This document shows positions 19,502 through 27,712 of a DNA stretch of 64,000 nucleotides, in pieces. A model generated the notes under the pieces. The model had not been told where the DNA came from and did not search any database. It saw only the letters and a list, made by a program, of their open reading frames with translations. The translations under genes and the position numbers were made by a program. Source of the stretch: Lachnospiraceae bacterium (GTDB lineage Bacteria > Bacillota > Clostridia > Lachnospirales > Lachnospiraceae); contig JAILRI010000219.1 of NCBI GenBank assembly GCA_024698555.1, forward strand, positions 18,442 to 82,441, read 5' to 3'. Position 1 is the first letter of the stretch; the number at the start of each line of letters is the position of its first letter.

Positions 19502-21899
19502 TTTGATAAAGACTTATCAGATGGATATCATGCTCGGACTGTCAAGCATCTGTGTCGCTGTCGGTTTTTTTGCCCTGATCACGAAGTCCCTGCCCAGAAA
19601 AAGAAAGCTCGCCATGATCGACCTGGAGTTCTCGGCAAGCATACTGCTGTTCTCAGACAGGATAGCGTATATTTTCCACGGTGATCCGACTGTAATGGGT
19701 TACTGGATGGTCAGGATATCGAATTTTCTGGTGTTTTTTATGACGATTTCCGTCATGCATGCTTTCAATCTGTATATTTGCGACCTGTGCAGTAATGAGA
19801 TCGGTCTGAAGACTGTGCCGTTTAGGCTGAGGCTCGTAGAGCTCGTGGCCGGAGCAGGGTGGATACTGGTCATTATTTCACAGTTCACGGGTTTATATTA
19901 CTATTTTGATGAAAGCAACGCTTATCAAAGGGGCCCCGGATTTCTGATATGCTATATCATTCCGTTTGTCGGGACATTTATACAGTTGTCCGTGATCATA
20001 CAGTATTTTAAGCGTTTGAGCCTGTATATCAGCATACCCATGCTTCTTTTTACGATCCTGCCGATCATTGCCTCCATATTTCAGGCGCTTCTTTACGGCG
20101 TTTCACTTACCAACATGTCCATCGTCGGATTGGGTATAGTCCTGTATATTTTCGCCATTATGGAAATGAATGATATGGTCGAGAAGATGCGGCGCAGCCA
20201 GTTGGATGAAGCTAACAGGAAAAGCCTGCATATAAGGCAGTCCTTCGAGCAGGTGGTAAAAGCGGTGGTCAAGGCTCTCGACTCACGTGACCGCTATACC
20301 CGTGGCCACTCTCTCAGGGTTGCGGAGTATTCCAAAGAGATCGCCCAGAGAATGGAACTCGATGAAAAGGAATGCTTCCGTGTATACTATTCCGCGGCGA
20401 TGCACGACATAGGAAAGATTGAGATTCCAGACAGGATACTTGCAAAACCGGGTCGTCTGACAGATATAGAAGAGGAAATATTGAAAAAACATCCGGCTAT
20501 CGGAGGAGCGATACTTGCCGAAGTGGAAAATGTTCCTTATCTGGCGACAGCCGCAAGATATCATCATGAAAGATATGACGGAAAAGGTTATCCGGAAGGA
20601 ACAGCAGGCGAAGATATCCCTCTGATAGGACGTATAGTAGCTGTAGCAAACGCTTACGATGAAATGACCTCTTTCAAATTTTCACATACTCCTTTTGCCC
20701 AGGGCAGGGTGCGTGAAACACTGGTGAATGGAGCCGGACACGAGTTTGATCCCGCGATAGTGAAGATCATGGTGGAAATGATAGATCATGACACCGACTA
20801 CATGATGAGAGAGTCGGAAGACGAGGAGATAGATGACGCGGACAGAAACGATATTACCATAGTAAACAGGATGCATTTTGAAAACTATAAGGAGCTGGTT
20901 TCAGACGGCATACGGGTACAGAAGGAGTTCTTAAAGGTCAGATTTGAAACCCGTCCGGATACCGGATATGACAGGAAAAACTCGATCCCGGCTATCGTAT
21001 TGTTTGATTCGTTTGACAGATGCGTCCACAGAAATGAAAGAAATATCAAGAACCTGCATTACTTTGAATACGGTGAGATCTGGATGGACGGGCATACGGT
21101 CACCACATCGGCAAGAGATATAAAGGCTTCCGTAACACAAAAGGTTTCTGCTGAAAATATTGATGAAAATGAATGGATCGCCTACGAGATCGAGGCTGTG
21201 AATATCAAGGATCATGTCAGGATCAAGATAAACAGCAAATATATGTTTGCGGATATTACCGTAGCGCTTCCCGACTCGACCAGATATGTCTTTTTTGGTC
21301 TGACCGGAGAGCACTGCACGATCAAGGACATTTCCGTTAAGGAGATCGCTCTGGGCGCAGGTGATGACAATATTCCCCGGATAGTGCCTGAAGTCAGTTA
21401 TTTTACCCGTAAGGACGGGGATATCCCCAATGTCGAGGTAAATGGATACAGAGAAGAAGCAACTCTTGGGATTCCGGTTGATGACGGTATGAGACTGTTT
21501 TTCAGGACTCAGAGCCTGCCGGTGGCCAGCCTGGTACAGCACTGCGCTTATATACTGCTGTACTCTTCCGATGACGGAACCGTAAACGGGAAAAATTATA
21601 CGGAATACGTATGTATCCGTACGGACGGTGATGAGGCTACCATAGACGGGAAGGCAAAGAATAAATTCAATATACATAAGGCCGGGGATTTTTCAGGCTG
21701 GGACGCCTGGAAAGAGAAAAACAAAAAGGGGCTTGACTACGAGATCGTATTTAAACGCAGAAAAAATAATATTACATTCAAAACCGAAAATGCAGGGATT
21801 TCTATCGAATGCGCAACGACAGTACCTAAAGGCGCTGACAATGTTTACGTGGCGCTTACCGGCAACCTGTGTACTCTGATGGATATCAGGGTTAGGTAG
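19494..21899 (+). CDS. 7TM HD-GYP phosphodiesterase with the same duplicated C-terminal module as 10003..12237
   Basis: 801 aa. Start overlaps the upstream gene by 8 nt. RGHSLRVAEYS, AMHDIGKIEIP, HHERYDGKGYP. The C-terminal repeats end in GLTGEHCTIKDISV and ALTGNLCTLMDIRV. Confidence 0.85.
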   Translation: MYDLIKTYQMDIMLGLSSICVAVGFFALITKSLPRKRKLAMIDLEFSASILLFSDRIAYIFHGDPTVMGYWMVRISNFLVFFMTISVMHAFNLYICDLCSNEIGLKTVPFRLRLVELVAGAGWILVIISQFTGLYYYFDESNAYQRGPGFLICYIIPFVGTFIQLSVIIQYFKRLSLYISIPMLLFTILPIIASIFQALLYGVSLTNMSIVGLGIVLYIFAIMEMNDMVEKMRRSQLDEANRKSLHIRQSFEQVVKAVVKALDSRDRYTRGHSLRVAEYSKEIAQRMELDEKECFRVYYSAAMHDIGKIEIPDRILAKPGRLTDIEEEILKKHPAIGGAILAEVENVPYLATAARYHHERYDGKGYPEGTAGEDIPLIGRIVAVANAYDEMTSFKFSHTPFAQGRVRETLVNGAGHEFDPAIVKIMVEMIDHDTDYMMRESEDEEIDDADRNDITIVNRMHFENYKELVSDGIRVQKEFLKVRFETRPDTGYDRKNSIPAIVLFDSFDRCVHRNERNIKNLHYFEYGEIWMDGHTVTTSARDIKASVTQKVSAENIDENEWIAYEIEAVNIKDHVRIKINSKYMFADITVALPDSTRYVFFGLTGEHCTIKDISVKEIALGAGDDNIPRIVPEVSYFTRKDGDIPNVEVNGYREEATLGIPVDDGMRLFFRTQSLPVASLVQHCAYILLYSSDDGTVNGKNYTEYVCIRTDGDEATIDGKAKNKFNIHKAGDFSGWDAWKEKNKKGLDYEIVFKRRKNNITFKTENAGISIECATTVPKGADNVYVALTGNLCTLMDIRVR

Positions 21900-21909
21900 G
21901 AGATGATTA

Positions 21910-23850
21910 ATGGCAATTAAACGCATAACTGATAAATATCTGGCAGATTTCTTCGGAATTGATGACAGTGAACAGGGACAGGCTGAACTGGCCGATATCA
22001 GAAAGAAGCTGGTCAGACAGCAGTACGAGAACGGAACTGATGTCTGTGTTATTGACGAAGAACCTGACGGGATGTTTTTCCTGGAAACAGGGACGGCTAT
22101 AGTACTGGGGCGTGAGGGAGAACAGCTCAATATCCTGCACGAAGGACAGTATTTCGGTGAATATGGCGTCCTTTCCGGCAACAAGAGGCTGTCAACCGTG
22201 CGTTCGTTGGGAAGGACCATAGTCTTCAAGCTGGAAAGCGATGACATGATGGAAATACTTTCGCGTCATCCCGAAATCTACGGAAAACTGATGAAAAGGG
22301 TTTATGGGCAGGTGTCGCGTAAACATTCCCAGATATTGGAACTGTCAGGTTTACGTAAGGGAATACTCCAGCACCCAAGAAACGAAACGCCGATGTCAAA
22401 GGGACAGATGGCGGTTCAGTACGGGATCCTGGCGCTTGTTTACCTTGCTGCATACTTTATTCCGCTTCCGGGCGGGAGTTTTCCTGTATTTTTATTTCCG
22501 CTGGGTCTGATGCTGGTTTATGTCGTTCTTACCAAAAGAACGCTGGAATCTCTGGTGGCTTCGATCATACTGGCGGCTGTACTGCTGTACAAAGAGGGGG
22601 TATCAGCCGGCTTCGTGGACGCGGTAATGGACACCATGGAGCTGGAGGATAATGTTTTTACCGTACTGGTGATGGCACTTATGGGCGGAATGATCCAGCT
22701 GATCACTGCGTCCGGCGCTATTACGGCCTTTAAGAAAATGGTCGATAAAAAGATACACGGTCAAAATGAAACCATGCTCGCGGCCTGCGGTATTATGACC
22801 GCCACATGCATTGATGACGGATTAAATATGTCCTGCGCGGCTCTGGCCACCAACTCTTCCGCGAAGGAGCATATGATACCGAGGGAGAAGCTGGCGCTTA
22901 TATACAGCCTTCTTCCGACGGCTCTGTGCTCATTTATGCCTTTGTCGCTGTGGGGGATCTTTGTTATAGGTACGCTGACTGCAACCGTGAGAGCTCAGGA
23001 CATCCAGCTTTTTTGCAGGTCGATACCCTTCAATTTTTTCTCTATCCTGACTGTGGCAGCGATACTGATGCTTTGTTTTGGCAGACTCCCTCTGAGCAGG
23101 AAGCTTAAACACGCGGATGCCAGGGTAGAAAGCGGAGGGACCTTATGGCCTGCCGGATCCGAGAAATACTTAAACGTACTTGAACCTGAGATGTGGGGAA
23201 AAATATACAATATCATGCTGCCGATACTGGTACTGGCGATATCCTCGCTGGCGGTACGTTCGATCCTGGCCGGCAGATTTATTGTAGACAGTGCCTGCGG
23301 GCTGGTTGTGACACTGCTGTTTATGTTTTTGCTTTACTGCGCCCAGGGGCTTATGACCCCGGAACAGTTTATGGAGCATCTGGTCACAGGCATTGCCAAC
23401 ACCACGCTGCCTATAATAATGTACCTGCTTACCATCTGCTTTGCAAATCTTCTGGACGCGCTCTCTCTTGAAAATTATTTTCTTGGTATCGTGGAACATG
23501 TACGCGGATTTGGATTTATGCTTCCGGCATTCATTTTCATCACATCCATGCTGCTTACGGTCGTTCTCGGTTCTTCGTGGTCAATGTATGCTATCGTGTT
23601 TCCCATAGCCATACATATGGCAGGCGGTCTGGGGATCGATCTGGCTTTGTGCGTGGGCGCGGTATGCGGCGCGGGCATAGCCGGTGAATACAACTGTATG
23701 TTTACGGTAAACGCGCTGGATGTGGGTACTGTTATAGGATGTGATCCGGGAGCGGTACGCTCGGTAAGGATGACCTACAGTATCGCGCTTACTCTGATCA
23801 CTGCGTTGTTGTATCTGGCAGCGGGTGTGCTGGTTACGGTGCGCATGTGA
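21910..23850 (+). CDS. Cyclic-nucleotide-binding domain fused to an NhaC-family (Na+/H+ antiporter-like) membrane transporter
   Basis: 646 aa. The N-terminal ~140 aa resemble a CAP-effector domain (FFLETGTAIVL...GQYFGEYGVLSGNKRLSTVRS). About 11-12 TM helices follow, with an NhaC-like GSSWSMYAIVFPIA motif. RBS AGGAG. Confidence 0.8.
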   Translation: MAIKRITDKYLADFFGIDDSEQGQAELADIRKKLVRQQYENGTDVCVIDEEPDGMFFLETGTAIVLGREGEQLNILHEGQYFGEYGVLSGNKRLSTVRSLGRTIVFKLESDDMMEILSRHPEIYGKLMKRVYGQVSRKHSQILELSGLRKGILQHPRNETPMSKGQMAVQYGILALVYLAAYFIPLPGGSFPVFLFPLGLMLVYVVLTKRTLESLVASIILAAVLLYKEGVSAGFVDAVMDTMELEDNVFTVLVMALMGGMIQLITASGAITAFKKMVDKKIHGQNETMLAACGIMTATCIDDGLNMSCAALATNSSAKEHMIPREKLALIYSLLPTALCSFMPLSLWGIFVIGTLTATVRAQDIQLFCRSIPFNFFSILTVAAILMLCFGRLPLSRKLKHADARVESGGTLWPAGSEKYLNVLEPEMWGKIYNIMLPILVLAISSLAVRSILAGRFIVDSACGLVVTLLFMFLLYCAQGLMTPEQFMEHLVTGIANTTLPIIMYLLTICFANLLDALSLENYFLGIVEHVRGFGFMLPAFIFITSMLLTVVLGSSWSMYAIVFPIAIHMAGGLGIDLALCVGAVCGAGIAGEYNCMFTVNALDVGTVIGCDPGAVRSVRMTYSIALTLITALLYLAAGVLVTVRM

Positions 23851-23947
23851 TAAAAACAGCACTTTACATCTTGGATGATTTGTGTTATAACTACATCTGT
23901 TGTGCATATAACGCACAGAAATAATATGAAAGGCAGATTATTTGATC

Positions 23948-25012
23948 ATGAAGAAGATTATGGCTGCGGCACTTGTATTGTGCATGTGCATGGTACTTGC
24001 CGGATGCAGTAGCAAGGTTAATCTGGTAACAGGCTACAAAAAGGGTGACGTAACACTTGGACAGTATAAAGGGTTGACATACACGAAGACCTCGACTGAG
24101 ATCTCTGAAGAAGATGTTGAAAATGAAATACAGAGCAGGCTGGAAATGAATGCCGAGAGCGCGGATGTGACCGACAGGCCTGTTAAGACCGGAGATATCG
24201 TTAATATCGATTTTGTCGGCAAGGTTGACGGTGTGGAGTTTGATAACGGATCGGGAACGGATACTGATCTGGAGATCGGCTCGGGCAGGATGATACCCGG
24301 ATTTGAGGATGGGATCATAGGCATGAATAACGGTGATACAAAGGTCATAGATGTGACATTTCCCGATGAATATCCCAACAATCCTGATCTGGCAGGAGTG
24401 GCGGCAACCTTTGACATCACTGTAAACAGCATTACGGAAAAAGTGATCCCTTCACTGGAAGATTATGTTGCTACTAAAGACGAATATTCGTCGGCAGATG
24501 ATTTCCGCGCGGCTGTAAGGTCAGAACTGGAAACCGAAGCAGTTAAAAATGCCGATGATCAGAAATTCAACGACATAATCGAGAAGGCTGTAGGCAACTC
24601 CACCTTTAATACCGATATGACCGAGGCTATCTCGGCTATCAAGACGAATCTGTACAGCAACTACAATTCGATCGCAAGTGCCTATAATCTGGATGCGGCT
24701 ACATTGTTCAGCTATATGTACGGAATGAGCACTGAAGAGTTTGACGCTTACGTTGATGAACAGGCAAAATCCAGTGCCGAGTATAATTATCTGCTTTCAG
24801 CAGTAGTGGAGGCCGAGAAGATCAAGGCAACCGATAAGGAAGTAGAGGATTACGCACAGACCGTATTGTCCAGCTACGGAGTAGATACGACCGCTGCCCT
24901 GTACGAAATGATCAAGAATACTACAGGCAAAGACGGAAAACTCATGCTCACCGAGCAGGTCAAGCTCAACAAGGCAAGTGACTTGATCATTGACTCGGCG
25001 ATAGAAGAGTGA
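23948..25012 (+). CDS. Lipoprotein with a trigger-factor-like FKBP PPIase domain and C-terminal chaperone domain
   Basis: The ORF starts at TTG 23942, but ATG 23948 gives MKKIMAAALVLCMCMVLAGC (lipobox LAGC). TF-type PPIase motifs GDIVNIDFVGKVDG, IPGFEDGIIGM, FPDEYP. The ribosome-binding N-domain is absent. Confidence 0.75.
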   Translation: MKKIMAAALVLCMCMVLAGCSSKVNLVTGYKKGDVTLGQYKGLTYTKTSTEISEEDVENEIQSRLEMNAESADVTDRPVKTGDIVNIDFVGKVDGVEFDNGSGTDTDLEIGSGRMIPGFEDGIIGMNNGDTKVIDVTFPDEYPNNPDLAGVAATFDITVNSITEKVIPSLEDYVATKDEYSSADDFRAAVRSELETEAVKNADDQKFNDIIEKAVGNSTFNTDMTEAISAIKTNLYSNYNSIASAYNLDAATLFSYMYGMSTEEFDAYVDEQAKSSAEYNYLLSAVVEAEKIKATDKEVEDYAQTVLSSYGVDTTAALYEMIKNTTGKDGKLMLTEQVKLNKASDLIIDSAIEE

Positions 25013-25046
25013 TCTGACAATATAAAAGATGATTATATAACAAATG

Positions 25047-25078
25047 ATAACCCGGTACAGATAAAAGTACCGGGTTAT
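25047..25078. terminator. Bidirectional intrinsic terminator between convergent genes
   Basis: Perfect 12-bp stem ATAACCCGGTAC / GTACCGGGTTAT with an 8-nt loop and AT-rich flanks. Confidence 0.6.
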
Positions 25079-25137
25079 AGTTTTATAGGAATTGTTTTGC
25101 GGCTTAAGGGAGTTTGTCCGTCGGCCATTTATATTGT

Positions 25138-27555
25138 TTACAGATAATACTCCACGTTTACAGCATTCTTTTCAGGTTTCGGGATGAGGTTGCCTTCAAC
25201 CTTATTACCTTCGACATAAAGTCCTTTTTTGCCGTCGGCTTTGGTTACATGCACTGTATAGGTGCAGCCGCGGTATTTACGTGTAACAGTGTAATCGGCA
25301 AGTGCTCCGGGAACGCAGGGCTTTACGGACAGCCCGTCAAATGTGGGCGCGATACCGAGTATTGCCTGCGAGATATCCACAAATGCCCAGGCTGCGGTAC
25401 CGGTCAGGAAGCTGTTCTTGGCCTCACCGTAGCGGGGAGCTGAACGTCCTGCGATCATCTGACTGTATACATAGGGTTCGGTACGGTGGATCTCGCTTAC
25501 ATCTTCGAGATAAGCGGGGCAGCTGCGTCTGTAAATGTCAAATGCCATTTCGCCGTCTCCGATCACTGTGGCTGCAACAGATACCCAGGGATTGTTGTGG
25601 GTGAAGATAGCGCCGTTCTCCTTGTATCCGGGCGGATAAGAGCTGATCTCACCGAGCTCTACATGGTAAGTGGTATAGCAAGGAGCGAGGATCTCAACGC
25701 CATAGTCGTTGAGCAGGTACTTCTTCACAGAGTCGAGAGCCTTGCGCCCGTATCCCTTTTCCTGTCCGATGCCTGCCATGGTGCAGAAGCCCTGAGGCTC
25801 GATGAAGATCTTGCCTTCTTCACATTCGTTGGAACCAACCTTATGTCCGTACGCGTCATATGCCCTGACGAACCATTCTCCGTCCCAGCCGGCATCTTCA
25901 GCGGCTGCGTTGATCTTTTCCACTTCGCCTCTGATCGCGGCTGCTTCGTCTTTAAGACCTACATGCTCGCAAAGGTCTGCGTACTCCTTTCCGTATTTTA
26001 CAAACATTCCTGCTATGAATACGGATTCCGCGACGGGACCTTCGGAAGGGCCAAAGGTCTGGAAGCTTTCACCCGGTTCTTCGGAGAAACAGTTGAGGTT
26101 CAGGCAGTCATTCCAGTCAGCGCGTCCGATGAGGGGCAGACCATGGGGACCTTTATTGTTGATAATAAAGCCGACGCTTCTGCGCAGATGCTCCATAAGA
26201 GGCTTTTCACTGCCTTCAACGTTATTGAAGGGTGTGGGATGGTCAAGGATGGTGTAATCACCGGTCTCTCTTACGTAGGCGCAGGTGCAGGCTACCAGCC
26301 ACAGCGGATCGTCGTTGAAACCGCCGCCGATATCGGCGTTGCCGCGCTTGGTGAGAGGCTGGTACTGATGGTAGGTGGAACCGTTTTCAAACTGTATAGA
26401 TGCGATATCGATGATGCGGTCTCTTGCACGGTCCGGAACAAGATGCATAAATCCGAGCAGATCCTGACAGGAATCCCTGAATCCCATACCTCTTCCGGTA
26501 CCGGTCTCCCAGTAGCTGGCGGAACGGCTCATGTTGAAGGTAACCATACACTGGTACTGATGCCAGATATTTACCATACGGTTCAGCTTATCATCATTGC
26601 TTTCGAGATGATAAATGGAAAGAAGCTCCGACCAGTAAGCGCGAAGCGCTTCAAATGCCTTGTCGAAGGTGTTTTCAGTATTATACTTTTCGATAAGGGC
26701 TTTTGCGGGCTTTTTATTGATAACGCCCTTTGATTCCCACTTTTCATCGCGGGGAACTTCTATATAGCCCAGCTGGAAAATATAAGACTTCTTTTCACCG
26801 GGCTTTAAGCTCAGCTTGATGCCGTGGCTGCCTATCAGATACCAGCCGCTGGCGGTAGAATTACCTGAAGAGCCGTTTTCTACGACCTTGGGATCATTCC
26901 AGTTTCTTCTCGCGCCGAGGAAGGTATCACGGTCGGTGTCATACCCGGCTATATCGGTATTTACCGTATAGAAAGCGTAGTGATTGCGTCTTTCGCGGAA
27001 TTCTGTCTTGTGGTAGATAGTGGAGCCCTCCACTTCAACCTCGCCTATGGAAAGGTTACGCTGATAGTTGTTGGCATCATCGACCGCGTTCCAGAGGCAC
27101 CACTCTATACAGCTGAATACGGTCAGGTCTTTGGTCTCACCCGAGTTGTTGGTGATATCGAGGCGGTTCAGCTCGCAGGAATCACCAAGGGGCACAAAAG
27201 CAGTCAGCTTTGCTTCGACACCGTTTTTGACTCCTGTGAAGGTGGTGTAACCCATGCCGTGACGGCACTCATAAGAATCAAGCGCGGTTCCGCTGGGAAG
27301 AAATGTGGGATTCCAGGCAGTGTCGCCGTCCTTGATGTAGTACATACGGCCGCCGAAGTCATTGGGAACATTGTTGTAGCGGAAGCGTGTGATGCGGCGC
27401 AGCTTGGCATCACGGTAAAAATCATACCCGCCGCCTGTATTGGAAATGAGTCCGAAAAAACCGTCATTACCCAGGTAGTTGATCCAGGGGAGCGGAGTTT
27501 CGGGAGTGGTGATGACGTATTCTCTGTTGGGATCGTCAAAATAGCCGTACTTCAT
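25138..27555 (-). CDS. GH94 cellobiose/cellodextrin phosphorylase
   Basis: 805 aa. The N-terminus [29 protein letters not shown] is characteristic of cellobiose phosphorylases, and the length fits. RBS GGAGGG. Confidence 0.9.
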   Translation of the reverse strand: MKYGYFDDPNREYVITTPETPLPWINYLGNDGFFGLISNTGGGYDFYRDAKLRRITRFRYNNVPNDFGGRMYYIKDGDTAWNPTFLPSGTALDSYECRHGMGYTTFTGVKNGVEAKLTAFVPLGDSCELNRLDITNNSGETKDLTVFSCIEWCLWNAVDDANNYQRNLSIGEVEVEGSTIYHKTEFRERRNHYAFYTVNTDIAGYDTDRDTFLGARRNWNDPKVVENGSSGNSTASGWYLIGSHGIKLSLKPGEKKSYIFQLGYIEVPRDEKWESKGVINKKPAKALIEKYNTENTFDKAFEALRAYWSELLSIYHLESNDDKLNRMVNIWHQYQCMVTFNMSRSASYWETGTGRGMGFRDSCQDLLGFMHLVPDRARDRIIDIASIQFENGSTYHQYQPLTKRGNADIGGGFNDDPLWLVACTCAYVRETGDYTILDHPTPFNNVEGSEKPLMEHLRRSVGFIINNKGPHGLPLIGRADWNDCLNLNCFSEEPGESFQTFGPSEGPVAESVFIAGMFVKYGKEYADLCEHVGLKDEAAAIRGEVEKINAAAEDAGWDGEWFVRAYDAYGHKVGSNECEEGKIFIEPQGFCTMAGIGQEKGYGRKALDSVKKYLLNDYGVEILAPCYTTYHVELGEISSYPPGYKENGAIFTHNNPWVSVAATVIGDGEMAFDIYRRSCPAYLEDVSEIHRTEPYVYSQMIAGRSAPRYGEAKNSFLTGTAAWAFVDISQAILGIAPTFDGLSVKPCVPGALADYTVTRKYRGCTYTVHVTKADGKKGLYVEGNKVEGNLIPKPEKNAVNVEYYL

Positions 27556-27609
27556 GGTAAACCCTCCATATTTAATATTTTACGATAACGATTTCGCAAA
27601 CCGATTTTC

Positions 27610-27638
27610 ATTATAATATCATTCTCTGAATAATGCAA
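27610..27638 (-). promoter_or_regulatory. Candidate promoter for the GH94 gene
   Basis: On the reverse strand: TTGCAT, 17 nt, TATAAT. Followed by tandem AAnCGnTT-type operator-like repeats (27583-27609). Confidence 0.45.
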
Positions 27639-27712
27639 GGAGAATGTTGCGGAAAATGCCATTTTATGTTAGATTGTAACTGATCATCGTTCTTAAACGG
27701 AGGAAGACCGCG

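Noticed and set aside
25486-26733. 415-aa forward ORF, plus other 100-280-aa ORFs antisense to long genes. Examples: 2400-3233, 10486-11328, 20931-21677, 30614-31453, 35312-36157, 40338-41105, 54868-55617.
   Set aside because: Each lies fully inside a well-supported gene on the other strand. None has an RBS, and none shows a domain motif. I treat them as shadow ORFs.
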